From sequence record PQ182779.1: a stretch of DNA of 64,000 nucleotides; one strand, written 5' to 3'. Below are positions 18,775 to 27,798 of the stretch, in pieces; within the stretch, counting starts at the first letter, position 1; each line of letters starts with the position of its first letter. The notes under the pieces were generated by a model that saw only the letters and a program-made list of their open reading frames with translations, was not told the origin of the DNA and made no database searches. A program made the translations under genes and the position numbers.

Positions 18775-19248
18775 ATGACCTATACCGAAATTAAAGGGGA
18801 TTTGATTGAAGCTTTCTTTAATAAGGAAGTCGACGTCATTGCCCACCAAGTAAACTGTTTTGGGATTGCAAAGAGCGGTATCGCCGTTAAGATCTTCGAA
18901 GTCTTTCCCTGGATAGCCGAGCCTTACTTTGCCGACAAACGCCCTGTCAAAAACAGATTGGGGAAATTAACCGCCGCCAAAAAGGATGAGCAGTGGGGTT
19001 TCAATCTTTGTGGCCAATTTCACCACGACCATTCAGATCCAGGATATAAAACGCATTATAGCGCACAGTATCTGGCGATGAAAATAATGGCCTCGATTCT
19101 CAAAAAGGAAGAGAAACCGTTAAAGGTGGGTTTTCCTTTAATCGGATGCGGGCTGGCCGGTGGTGATTGGGAAATGGTCCGCCAAAATATTGAGCGGGCT
19201 TTTAAGGATACCAATCTTGAAATCATTGTTTATCGGTTCGAGGGTTAA
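18775..19248 (+). CDS. macrodomain protein (short Poa1p/TARG1/DarG-like class)
   Basis: IKGDLIE, VIAHQVNC.G....GIA, FPLIGCGLAGGDW. Confidence 0.88.
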   Translation: MTYTEIKGDLIEAFFNKEVDVIAHQVNCFGIAKSGIAVKIFEVFPWIAEPYFADKRPVKNRLGKLTAAKKDEQWGFNLCGQFHHDHSDPGYKTHYSAQYLAMKIMASILKKEEKPLKVGFPLIGCGLAGGDWEMVRQNIERAFKDTNLEIIVYRFEG

Positions 19249-19251
19249 ACT

Positions 19252-19617
19252 ATGTTTGTTGAACTGAGGGAATTTCAGCGTGACTGTGTGATACCCGAAA
19301 AGATAGACAATTACGAAACAGAAGCAGGGAAAACACGGCAATACTTAACCTACGGACATAACCTTGGTCCGACGTTAGCGGTACGTGGAATCAGCGGAAA
19401 AAGCGCGGAGTCTTTCCATAAACTGGTACAGGCCAAGTATAATTTCCCTCGACCCGGAATTCATTTTGTTTTAACGGGTGATGAGATCAGGGAACTGTTG
19501 GATACCTGGATAGTAGAGGGTTCTTCCGACATTATTGATTCTTGGATTGAGCTAGATACCTTCTGGTGCATCGCTGACTTCGATTCAATCTTAACTTATT
19601 ATTGGGGAGGGGAATAG
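19252..19617 (+). CDS. hypothetical protein
   Basis: SD GAGGG; packed. Confidence 0.7.
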   Translation: MFVELREFQRDCVIPEKIDNYETEAGKTRQYLTYGHNLGPTLAVRGISGKSAESFHKLVQAKYNFPRPGIHFVLTGDEIRELLDTWIVEGSSDIIDSWIELDTFWCIADFDSILTYYWGGE

Positions 19618-20001
19618 ATGGGATTTTTTCTCACGTTTTATTCGGTCGATAAAGACACGGTATTGGAACCGGTTACAGGCGAAGGCGGTATAGGGAAAAC
19701 CTTTGAATACGATGAAGTCTTTAATAATGATGCTGTCTCACCAAAGAGAATAGCATCCTGGAAGAATCAGCATACATTAGCCGAAATTATGGCTGCTGCG
19801 AACCTCTGCTCTAACGATGACTTGGGGCCGTGGGTTATTACTAAGGATGATATCCCATTAATCATCTCTGAGATTACTGCGCGTAATAACGAGCAAAACG
19901 ACGATCGATGGAACGATTATGAGGGATTAAAACTCTTTTTAATTCTTAAAAATAAATCATTTGATTTTGATAAAGACTGGTTTATTTTTACTGCGGGGTA
20001 A
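19618..20001 (+). CDS. hypothetical protein
   Basis: SD GGAGGGG; abuts previous stop. Confidence 0.7.
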   Translation: MGFFLTFYSVDKDTVLEPVTGEGGIGKTFEYDEVFNNDAVSPKRIASWKNQHTLAEIMAAANLCSNDDLGPWVITKDDIPLIISEITARNNEQNDDRWNDYEGLKLFLILKNKSFDFDKDWFIFTAG

Positions 20002-20060
20002 AAAATGCATTATTTTCAAGTCCGTCCTCGATTACCTAATTTAACTCGAGGACTCAAATC

Positions 20061-20225
20061 ATGGCAAGAACCAAACGCGGTTCTAAGGCTCAAAGTCAAG
20101 AATTCTGGAGCGCCCGGCCAGGTAATCCAACAATCCCCGGTCCATACTCTAAACTCTTGACTCATCGCGCTGAACGTCGTATCAGTAAAAAGATCGTACG
20201 TCAGGAACTCAACGATTTAGACTAA
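20061..20225 (+). CDS. 54-aa basic protein missing from ORF track (MARTKRGSKAQSQEFWSARPGNPTIPGPYSKLLTHRAERRISKKIVRQELNDLD)
   Basis: SD GAGGA at 20048-20052, stop at 20225 directly before terminator. Confidence 0.75.
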   Translation: MARTKRGSKAQSQEFWSARPGNPTIPGPYSKLLTHRAERRISKKIVRQELNDLD

Positions 20226-20228
20226 TCT

Positions 20229-20261
20229 AAAAGAGGAGGGGTTTCCCTCCTCTTTTTTTTT
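20229..20261 (+). terminator. intrinsic terminator
   Basis: AAAAGAGGAGGG-GTTT-CCCTCCTCTTTT plus T run. Confidence 0.9.
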
Positions 20262-20322
20262 GCTTTTTACGGCAGAGAGTAAGAATATGGTACGACTTTA
20301 ATCACCGTAACGGGGAATAATA

Positions 20323-21702
20323 ATGCTCGAACAACTAATGTCATTTTACGACCATATTTTGTCTAACTTTAAAGACTACCCCATGGCACAGAATGCGATT
20401 GTCGCCGCTAGCTCTATCGCGGTATCAGGGGCGATTGGTTGGGGGTTAATCAAAACGCCCAAGGCGGTAGTACAATGGGTCAAACGTCAATTTGTTACCA
20501 GTTTGGTCTTTAACACCTCAGGAACCAACTGGAGTAATTATAACTCCGAACAATACGGGGCATTTCTGAAATGGTTTGCTAAGAATAGCTGGTTCCATTG
20601 GAGTAGGACGATAACTATTGATGGCGATGTGAACGGAGAGTCCGCTGCCGTCGGCCCTGGTGTAGGCTCACATTTCTTTCTCCATAAGGGCACTGTGTTT
20701 GTTTTCTCTATCACGGAAATCGACGCTAACGCTGCGAGTAATTCGAAATACCGTCTTAGTATCAGTAAATTCGGTCGCAGTCATAAACCTATCTTAAACC
20801 TGATGGATGAGTTTATGCTGAAAGATACGGGTAAAGACAACATACGGACATTTGTCAATACCACCGACAGTTGGAATTATTTGTGCCGACTGAAGAAAAG
20901 AGACCTTAAAACCATAGTCGTTACGGATAAAGTCCAGCGCGAGTTAATCGACCCTATCTTTGATTTTAATAAGAGTAAAGACTGGTACGAATCACGAGGA
21001 CTGGCTTATAAGTTCACGGTGTTGTTATACGGTTTACCGGGCACCGGAAAAAGCAGTTTGATTTCGGCATTAGCGGCGGCGTTAGGGCGCGATATTCATA
21101 TCCTCAAACCCGCCGGTGGATTACAGTACCAGGCGCTTTTCCAACGGGCAGCGGGCGGGGTTGTGATTATCGAGGATATTGACACGTATTCATTCACGAA
21201 AGCGCGGAGTAAAGAAAAGGTTATCATTGACTTAAAAGAGGGAAAGAAACCAGAAAGCCCTGAGGAACTTAAAAACGCGCCTTTCGTCGTTGAAGAACAA
21301 AGTTCTGACGATAAAGCGATGGACGAGTACCTAAACGGTAGCTTGTCAGATTTCCTCAACGCGTTAGACGGCGTCTTGCGGTTGAATGATGTTATCGTTT
21401 TCCTGACGACTAATCACCCTGAGAAACTTGACGATGCGCTGCTGCGGGACGGAAGAATAGATGTCAGGGCTGAAGTAGAGGTACTAGGCGATAAAGAAAT
21501 TCGACAGTTCTTCAGTATGGCGTTTCCTGATACGGAACCTACCAGTAATCTTCCTTTCTCTCCTTTACCCGGTGCATCTGTTCAAGCGCTTTTCATGCTG
21601 AACAAACATGACCCAGTAGCCTATGAAAATGCGCTACGGACGTACGACGTCACTAAACCTGTCGAAGCCGTAAGCCAAAACGTGTTAAAAGCTGTAAGTT
21701 AA
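20323..21702 (+). CDS. BCS1-like membrane-anchored AAA+ ATPase
   Basis: N-terminal TM, BCS1_N-like region, WYESRGLAYK, Walker A GLPGTGKS, Walker B IIEDID, FLNALDG, TTNHPEKLD.ALLRDGRID. Confidence 0.85.
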   Translation: MLEQLMSFYDHILSNFKDYPMAQNAIVAASSIAVSGAIGWGLIKTPKAVVQWVKRQFVTSLVFNTSGTNWSNYNSEQYGAFLKWFAKNSWFHWSRTITIDGDVNGESAAVGPGVGSHFFLHKGTVFVFSITEIDANAASNSKYRLSISKFGRSHKPILNLMDEFMLKDTGKDNIRTFVNTTDSWNYLCRLKKRDLKTIVVTDKVQRELIDPIFDFNKSKDWYESRGLAYKFTVLLYGLPGTGKSSLISALAAALGRDIHILKPAGGLQYQALFQRAAGGVVIIEDIDTYSFTKARSKEKVIIDLKEGKKPESPEELKNAPFVVEEQSSDDKAMDEYLNGSLSDFLNALDGVLRLNDVIVFLTTNHPEKLDDALLRDGRIDVRAEVEVLGDKEIRQFFSMAFPDTEPTSNLPFSPLPGASVQALFMLNKHDPVAYENALRTYDVTKPVEAVSQNVLKAVS

Positions 21703-21712
21703 ACGTACTATG

Positions 21713-21739
21713 GAAACAGGGTCAAGTCGACCCTGTTTC
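21713..21739 (+). terminator. hairpin preceded by CTATG
   Basis: GAAACAGGGTC-AAGTC-GACCCTGTTTC. Confidence 0.6.
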
Positions 21740-21743
21740 ACAC

Positions 21744-21759
21744 CTATATCACCTTAGTG
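21744..21759 (+). promoter_or_regulatory. phage promoter CTATATCAC-N5-TG
   Basis: Recurrent motif upstream of 21799 ORF. Confidence 0.75.
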
Positions 21760-21798
21760 AAAGAATGTAAACAAAATCGTTTATAAGGAGTTCCTACC

Positions 21799-22044
21799 AT
21801 GACTGACGCAGAAATTAAAAGTGTTATTATCAACGATCATGTCATTGACTTTGGCGAATTGGTACATGTTACTCCGCCTATTTCAAAACTCAATACAAAC
21901 TGGGGCGGCGCTAAACCTTCAATTGGGCTGCTCTATACGTCTAACCCGGGCAAGATGGGTTGGTTAGTATTTCATGACCAAGAAACGGCCATTGAGAAAT
22001 ACGAAGAAATTATTGTACAATGGAATTTGAGGAATAAAAAATGA
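21799..22044 (+). CDS. small hypothetical protein
   Basis: SD AAGGAG. Confidence 0.7.
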   Translation: MTDAEIKSVIINDHVIDFGELVHVTPPISKLNTNWGGAKPSIGLLYTSNPGKMGWLVFHDQETAIEKYEEIIVQWNLRNKK

Positions 22045-22424
22045 AAAAAGAATCTTTGTCCGATCTCGTAAAATCGATCCAGGAATTTTGTACTTCTCGT
22101 CCAAATTTAATTATCCTGGTGCCAAATAGCGACGATTTATCCTCTTTACAGTACACACGACTTGGGGTAACAGATAAAACTATTAGCCTCCAGCGTCAGA
22201 CGGAACTCCAAGACAATATTTTAGCAAGTCTCAATCGCCGCAAAGAATACAAAATGGTGATTAAAAAAGGGAGAGGGAAGTTCGTTCCGCTAACTGATCA
22301 AGAACGACGGTATCGCGATTTTCGCAGTTATCAAATGTCAGGGTCTATGGACTTACAAACTACGTTTGAAGAGTTTTTAGAACTTGATAAAATTGTTCAA
22401 GGCGTAATGAATTCCGGAGAATGA
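22041..22424 (+). CDS. hypothetical protein
   Basis: ATGA overlap. Confidence 0.7.
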   Translation: MKKESLSDLVKSIQEFCTSRPNLIILVPNSDDLSSLQYTRLGVTDKTISLQRQTELQDNILASLNRRKEYKMVIKKGRGKFVPLTDQERRYRDFRSYQMSGSMDLQTTFEEFLELDKIVQGVMNSGE

Positions 22425-22428
22425 AATA

Positions 22429-22941
22429 ATGATTCTGGCCTCTTTCGTCTCTAGTGAACACGGTAAAATGTTAATCGTTGGTAATCGAACGTTTTACCGT
22501 CGTGGAATCTCCCCAGCGGCCTCGTTCGCTTCTGAAAACGGTAAAGTCTTACTGATCGAAACCACAGGGATTTATTTTGCCTGGGGGAGTAAATGCCGTT
22601 GGGAAATAAACTTCAAAGAGAAATGGGTAGGGAGTATTACTGAAGAGTATTCCCCTATTGGGGAACCTGAAGAGATCACCACCGGAAGAGGCCGATTCGT
22701 TGTTCAAGAGGTTCAACTTCACGAAGGAAAACGTTTCGGGAAGAAAAAGAAATCGGAAGCGAGGTGGTGGGAGATACTAGAAGTTCCTGAGACCGACGCT
22801 GAGTGGTTTGAACGTCATCGCGAAACCGTGTCTCGATTACGGGCGGATAACCCACTAGAAGCGATCGAGGGTCTTTATACGTTGAAACCCTTGTTGGATG
22901 AAATAGAATTGATAGGAAGGAAATTGCGAAATGAAAAATAA
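22429..22941 (+). CDS. hypothetical protein
   Basis: Packed operon member. Confidence 0.7.
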   Translation: MILASFVSSEHGKMLIVGNRTFYRRGISPAASFASENGKVLLIETTGIYFAWGSKCRWEINFKEKWVGSITEEYSPIGEPEEITTGRGRFVVQEVQLHEGKRFGKKKKSEARWWEILEVPETDAEWFERHRETVSRLRADNPLEAIEGLYTLKPLLDEIELIGRKLRNEK

Positions 22942-23200
22942 TTTGTTCTCGGGAGATAAATTGTTCTTCTTGGTCGCTACTCACGGACTGCCCTTAGATA
23001 TTGCAGTAGGTAAGATATTTAACGCAGGATTCGGTATTGATTGGACGGGGTTCATTGATGCTGCGCTAACAGGAGGGTGGCAACCAAGAAGAATTCTTAC
23101 GGCCATCGAATGTTCCGCTTTAGAAGCGATATCCGATGAAGAATATTGCCATGAAGTCATCGTCCGAGTGAAGTTGTACTTGATTAATAAGGTTCTCTGA
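22931..23200 (+). CDS. stand-alone alanyl-tRNA-synthetase-like fragment protein
   Basis: FSGDKLFFLVATHGLPLDIA...GFGIDWTGF resembles AlaRS LSGEDAFKLYDTYGFPxDL...VDxxGF. Confidence 0.55.
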   Translation: MKNNLFSGDKLFFLVATHGLPLDIAVGKIFNAGFGIDWTGFIDAALTGGWQPRRILTAIECSALEAISDEEYCHEVIVRVKLYLINKVL

Positions 23201-23202
23201 AA

Positions 23203-23766
23203 ATGTTAAACGATAAAGTAGTTGTACTCACTCGTGAACTCGTAGACGAGATCTTGACCGTGTTGTCTGACAGCACAGAACGTTGGGATCTCACCGGGGC
23301 AATCCGTGAACAGATGAATCGGAAAGATGAACCGCTTTTCAATAGCCCTACATTTGCCGAAGAACCCCTTACCCGTAAAGTATTTCTCGAGAAAGTAGGA
23401 CGTTGCTTAGACCGCTGGCAATTTTCTTTTGATGATTTTGCCGATAGGGCAATGCGGGACTTAGATGAAAGCGGTCCTTGGGTGAAAACCTTCTGGGAGA
23501 ATGGGATTTCTGGACTGAATGAGGAAGGTTGTAAACTTCCGTGTAGTACAGGGACATATTGGGGCGAGTCGTCACAAACCGGACTGATCTATTTCTCCCT
23601 ACCCCAACACGAAATCGTCACCAACCACGATCTCAGCGTTATCAAAGTCAGGAAAGACTGTAGTCTCCTTGACGTCGTTCACCCTTGGGTAGAGTGGACA
23701 GACGAGAGTCAGTGGTTGAGCAGTAGTGTAAACGACTTAGAACGCGCTATTGAAGATTGGTTTTAA
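23203..23766 (+). CDS. hypothetical protein
   Basis: Packed operon member. Confidence 0.7.
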   Translation: MLNDKVVVLTRELVDEILTVLSDSTERWDLTGAIREQMNRKDEPLFNSPTFAEEPLTRKVFLEKVGRCLDRWQFSFDDFADRAMRDLDESGPWVKTFWENGISGLNEEGCKLPCSTGTYWGESSQTGLIYFSLPQHEIVTNHDLSVIKVRKDCSLLDVVHPWVEWTDESQWLSSSVNDLERAIEDWF

Positions 23767-23785
23767 CTAATTAAAGAGGTAACGA

Positions 23786-25114
23786 ATGTCAGGTGATACT
23801 CTGGATAAAATGCACATTGCATTAGTGGGTGAGTTTAGTCGGTTCAGCCGTGAACAGTATGCTAAGCGTATTGAAGCACTCGGCGGGGTTATTTGCGAAC
23901 CGTGTAACGGTATCGATTATATCTTTTACGGTAAATTACCCATCGAACAAATTCACGAGTACAAGTATGGCTTAGATACCGTATTTGGCGCTTACAACGA
24001 AATCGCTTTATTAGACAAACTGACCGAGGTTGAAATGGACAAGCAAGATCGCATCCCGCTGAATCGTATCGAATATTATCAAACTCTTCCTACTCAACCT
24101 GACGGCTGTACGGTATTCATGTACGAAGTCCGGCGTATGGCGCAAGAGCTGGCTGAGCTTCGTCGTCAATCGGTTATTGAACCCAATAAACCTGGGCGGG
24201 AGATTCACGAGATAATCGAATGGGATTTTGGACTTCAGGAACCGGGGATGACTAAACCTTACCCGAAAGCGCAGTTTAGCGAAGATGTTGAAACGGAAAT
24301 CCGGGCGCTGTATGAAACTCTAAGCGGTTCCGATTATAACGGCCCTATCAATGACGTCCGCATCCAGAACGACAACAATACCGTGTTGATCACCTTCCGT
24401 AATGGCCGGAACAACCTGCTCGGTTTTAACCTGAAACCAGTCCCTGACGTCAACGATCGTTTCGCTATCCCCGTCACTGAAACGTCTGATGAACTTCAGG
24501 CTTTTATCCGCGGTGAATTAGCGAAAAAGGTAAATATTGAGTTACCCGCATCCGGGGCATCAGTTACACTAAAAACCCCGAGCACCGATGAAATTAAAAA
24601 CCTCGGTTTTAAAGAGACCTTCACTAATGGCGCTAACACCATCGATGAGCACAACGAGCTAGTACGCGACGCGTTACGTTGGCGTGGCCTGATGGCCTCT
24701 CCGGCTATCCGTTTATTTGGCTCTGCTGGGCTTAAAGACGGGGACGTTAAGAAGAGCGGCTATGCGCATTTTGGCGGGGAATTCTGGACCATCCACAGCG
24801 GGCGTGTATCGAGTTCTGAGGAGACAGTGCGTAATCGTAAACTGATTACTCAATACGCGGATATCATGGCGGAGAATGAAGCACGCAGAGCCGATCAATG
24901 GATTATGCTCAACATCGAAGAGAATCTCAGTGCGGATGCTATTACAGAGGTCTACTTCGAAGGGGAAGAGCTGCGTATGACTATTCCTGCTAATGAGGTC
25001 GTTCCTAAAAACGGCGACCTTTCTGATCAGGTCGTACTTTTACAGAACGCCCAGATTGCGGCTTGGGAACGCGGTATCTGGCAATCGTGCACATTGGTGA
25101 TGAAAGGTAAGTGA
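23786..25114 (+). CDS. multidomain protein with N-terminal BRCT-like domain
   Basis: IALVGEFSRFSREQYAKRIEALGG...DYIFYG fits the BRCT pattern; SD GAGGT. Confidence 0.6.
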   Translation: MSGDTLDKMHIALVGEFSRFSREQYAKRIEALGGVICEPCNGIDYIFYGKLPIEQIHEYKYGLDTVFGAYNEIALLDKLTEVEMDKQDRIPLNRIEYYQTLPTQPDGCTVFMYEVRRMAQELAELRRQSVIEPNKPGREIHEIIEWDFGLQEPGMTKPYPKAQFSEDVETEIRALYETLSGSDYNGPINDVRIQNDNNTVLITFRNGRNNLLGFNLKPVPDVNDRFAIPVTETSDELQAFIRGELAKKVNIELPASGASVTLKTPSTDEIKNLGFKETFTNGANTIDEHNELVRDALRWRGLMASPAIRLFGSAGLKDGDVKKSGYAHFGGEFWTIHSGRVSSSEETVRNRKLITQYADIMAENEARRADQWIMLNIEENLSADAITEVYFEGEELRMTIPANEVVPKNGDLSDQVVLLQNAQIAAWERGIWQSCTLVMKGK

Positions 25115-25416
25115 TGAAACAACTTCCGTATTATCGCGCGATAGAAGGGCTGCCCGAATGGGCAGCCTCTATTAATTCCTTGTTCGGTATTCTCCCGCTT
25201 AAAGGTTATTTCACGTTAGACGGGAAACCGACAGGGTCGCCGTTCTTGATTAATACTGCAATCGAGTCTATCAAGAAACGTATCGAGTATCTGAACAAGT
25301 TCGATTACCACTTACCAGAGAAACTGGTACTTGAAGTCGCCTGTTCAGGAAAAGCAAGAGCAAAATTGAAGCACTTGAAAATACCTGTGCGTTTTGAAAT
25401 CAGACTCATCTTTTAA
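25111..25416 (+). CDS. hypothetical protein
   Basis: GTGA overlap. Confidence 0.65.
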   Translation: MMKQLPYYRAIEGLPEWAASINSLFGILPLKGYFTLDGKPTGSPFLINTAIESIKKRIEYLNKFDYHLPEKLVLEVACSGKARAKLKHLKIPVRFEIRLIF

Positions 25417-25883
25417 TGGTAAAAGAAAACGCAATGGAATTTAAACTCAACACTCCGCTTAGTCGGTCTTTAAAAGGCATCTACGATTTAGATCTTCCTT
25501 GGCTAAGGACTGATCTTTACTTGCAGGCGCTAGAGCGCACCGCGTATTCTCTTTTCGACGTTAACGATATTACCAAAGCCAATTACGTCGATCCGTGGAG
25601 TTCGGCTAAAGTCTACCGTATTCCCGATTCCAATAACCAAGGGATTATGCGAAAGAATAATTTCAGTATTCATATCCCGCTGAAGTTACCCAAAGTACCC
25701 CCTAGCCGGTTGGTCGGTTTACGACTAGTTATTAAAGTAGAAGGTTATTCTAGTTATGTTGACTGTCGTAGCATTGAAATGCAGTTTTTTAAAGACGGCC
25801 CATGGGAGGAATTAAAAGGAAAATATAACCTTAAACAGCTCAAGGCTCTAATCTCAACCTACAGTACGGATATGCTACAATGA
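25416..25883 (+). CDS. hypothetical protein
   Basis: TAATG overlap. Confidence 0.65.
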   Translation: MVKENAMEFKLNTPLSRSLKGIYDLDLPWLRTDLYLQALERTAYSLFDVNDITKANYVDPWSSAKVYRIPDSNNQGIMRKNNFSIHIPLKLPKVPPSRLVGLRLVIKVEGYSSYVDCRSIEMQFFKDGPWEELKGKYNLKQLKALISTYSTDMLQ

Positions 25884-26233
25884 AAATAGCGTGGTGGTTA
25901 ATCGGTTATCTACTTACCTTCGGCTATTACTCGATTTGCTTTTCCCAGTCAGAAAATCATTCGTTCCCGTTTGATAACCTTTGGGCAATCAGTTTCCTTT
26001 ATATCGTCTGGTTGTTCTTCTCGATGTTCCTGGATAAATTTCAATTAGGTACCGGGAAAAACGATCAATCACCTAGTTACTGGTGGATAATATTCTATCC
26101 GGGTTATCTTTTTAAACGTTACCAGTTTACGAAAGAACCGGTAGTATTGGTAGCGGCGGTGTTATTGACCTTTTATTTTATCGTGGGCTGCTCTGTTTAT
26201 CTCGGACTGATCAGCTACGACTGGTTTCATTAA
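25880..26233 (+). CDS. membrane protein, paralog of 9128
   Basis: PSYWWIIFYPGYLFKR vs PSGWWWLLSPVYVYKR. Confidence 0.7.
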   Translation: MKIAWWLIGYLLTFGYYSICFSQSENHSFPFDNLWAISFLYIVWLFFSMFLDKFQLGTGKNDQSPSYWWIIFYPGYLFKRYQFTKEPVVLVAAVLLTFYFIVGCSVYLGLISYDWFH

Positions 26234-26235
26234 TC

Positions 26236-26263
26236 GAGAGAGGGGGCGCTTGCTCCCTCTCTC
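26236..26263 (+). terminator. hairpin/terminator
   Basis: GAGAGAGGGGGC-GCTT-GCTCCCTCTCTC. Confidence 0.65.
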
Positions 26264-26286
26264 CTGTTTTCTAATAGTTTTAAGAT

Positions 26287-26302
26287 CTATATCACGTTAT
26301 TG
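26287..26302 (+). promoter_or_regulatory. phage promoter CTATATCAC-N5-TG
   Basis: Recurrent motif upstream of AAA gene. Confidence 0.75.
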
Positions 26303-26344
26303 AAATAAACTCACCCTGATACAAACAACGTTAAGGAACTTTAA

Positions 26345-27661
26345 ATGGACAAGCACGCTTTTTTCTCTGGATCTCTCTCTGATAACGCACCTATTAAATC
26401 ATTGAATGATATCTTCGAATCGTTCGGCGAAGCTTACGGGAGCTACGCACGTTTCGTAGGCAATAACGAGGAAGAAATTCGTGTCAATAAAATGGTACGT
26501 CATTTCCTGACTGCAAATCGACTCCCTATCTTCAACATCGATACTGATCGAATGTTCGATCAGAATAAATACTATTTCGAATCCACGCAGTGGTTAACTA
26601 CGTTCCTGGAAAAGCATCGCTTCTTCCAGCACGACGACGACCAGTTCATTGGACTGGATAAATACAATCGTCCGATCGCCTGTATCCGCGTTCAAAGCGA
26701 CATTAGGTCTAACCTCTCTATCGAAGGTATGATGGCGAAAGATATCTACGACGATCTGTTGATTCAGATCCAAGAAAATATCAAACTCGATCACCGCACT
26801 GACGACATGAAAGAGGAATTTTATTATTCTGAAGTCGTTATTCGGAAAACGCCAATGGGTGAAATGACACACCTTGAACCCAGAGTTATGCGCCATAGCG
26901 GCGAAACGAAGAAGGAGTTCTATCCGTTCCTGAACGGCGGTGTGGAAGCGCTCATCGAAGACTTTATTCAGTCTGACGAATCGGTTCTGATTCTCATGGG
27001 CGAACCGGGCACCGGGAAATCGACCGCTATTTCCGCTGCCTGCGTGGCGCTGAACCTTTTCCCGATCTACGCGAAGAAAACTGAGGTCCTCGAAAACCCA
27101 GAATTCATCTCTAAGATCTTCGCGTTCAGCGACGACAAAATGGAAAGGGTTGAAATATCCAGTGGTGAAAATGCGCGTTATGAGCTTTTCAAAGACCGTT
27201 CGCATTTTGAAAATACCCGTAATGTGCTGACGCTGCCAGATCGTCATAGTGCGAAAAGTCGTAAAGAACCTACCTTCCCAATCGTGATTGTGGAAGATGG
27301 GGATATCCTCTTACGTCCGCGTGCTGACGGTAACTCGATGATGGCGGAACTGCTGAACGAAACTGATGGCGTAGGGAGCGCCACTACGCGTAAAATCATT
27401 ATCACGACTAACCTGACCGACAAATCGAAAATCGAACCGGCACTGATGCGCGATGGCCGTCACTATCTTGGCGAGCCGTTACACTTCCGTATGCTGACCC
27501 CGATGGAGGCCGTTGAAGCTCGCGCTGCTGCGGGTTTACCGAAGTTTGATGTCGTTCCTAAGAGCGATATCCCGCTGGCAACGGCGCTGCGTAAGCCACG
27601 CAAGAAAATCTACCTGAAAGAAGGTGAGGTTGTCGTACAAGAAGGACGTTCTCTGAACTAA
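26345..27661 (+). CDS. AAA+ ATPase with unknown N-terminal domain
   Basis: Walker A GEPGTGKS, Walker B VIVEDGD, LLNETDG, IITTN, ALMRDGR. Confidence 0.85.
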   Translation: MDKHAFFSGSLSDNAPIKSLNDIFESFGEAYGSYARFVGNNEEEIRVNKMVRHFLTANRLPIFNIDTDRMFDQNKYYFESTQWLTTFLEKHRFFQHDDDQFIGLDKYNRPIACIRVQSDIRSNLSIEGMMAKDIYDDLLIQIQENIKLDHRTDDMKEEFYYSEVVIRKTPMGEMTHLEPRVMRHSGETKKEFYPFLNGGVEALIEDFIQSDESVLILMGEPGTGKSTAISAACVALNLFPIYAKKTEVLENPEFISKIFAFSDDKMERVEISSGENARYELFKDRSHFENTRNVLTLPDRHSAKSRKEPTFPIVIVEDGDILLRPRADGNSMMAELLNETDGVGSATTRKIIITTNLTDKSKIEPALMRDGRHYLGEPLHFRMLTPMEAVEARAAAGLPKFDVVPKSDIPLATALRKPRKKIYLKEGEVVVQEGRSLN

Positions 27662-27668
27662 GCCTAAT

Positions 27669-27705
27669 AAAAGAAAGAGGAGTGTTTCCCTCTTTCTTTT
27701 TTTTT
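27669..27705 (+). terminator. intrinsic terminator
   Basis: AAAAGAAAGAGG...CCTCTTTCTTTT plus T run. Confidence 0.85.
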
Positions 27706-27725
27706 GTTTCGATTCGTTTTAAAGC

Positions 27726-27741
27726 CTATATCACTTGAGTG
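27726..27741 (+). promoter_or_regulatory. phage promoter CTATATCAC-N5-TG
   Basis: Recurrent motif right after terminator. Confidence 0.75.
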
Positions 27742-27798
27742 AAGGTAACAAAAATTACTCGGTCTTTAAATAGTTTGTACTTAACACGGAGATAAAAA

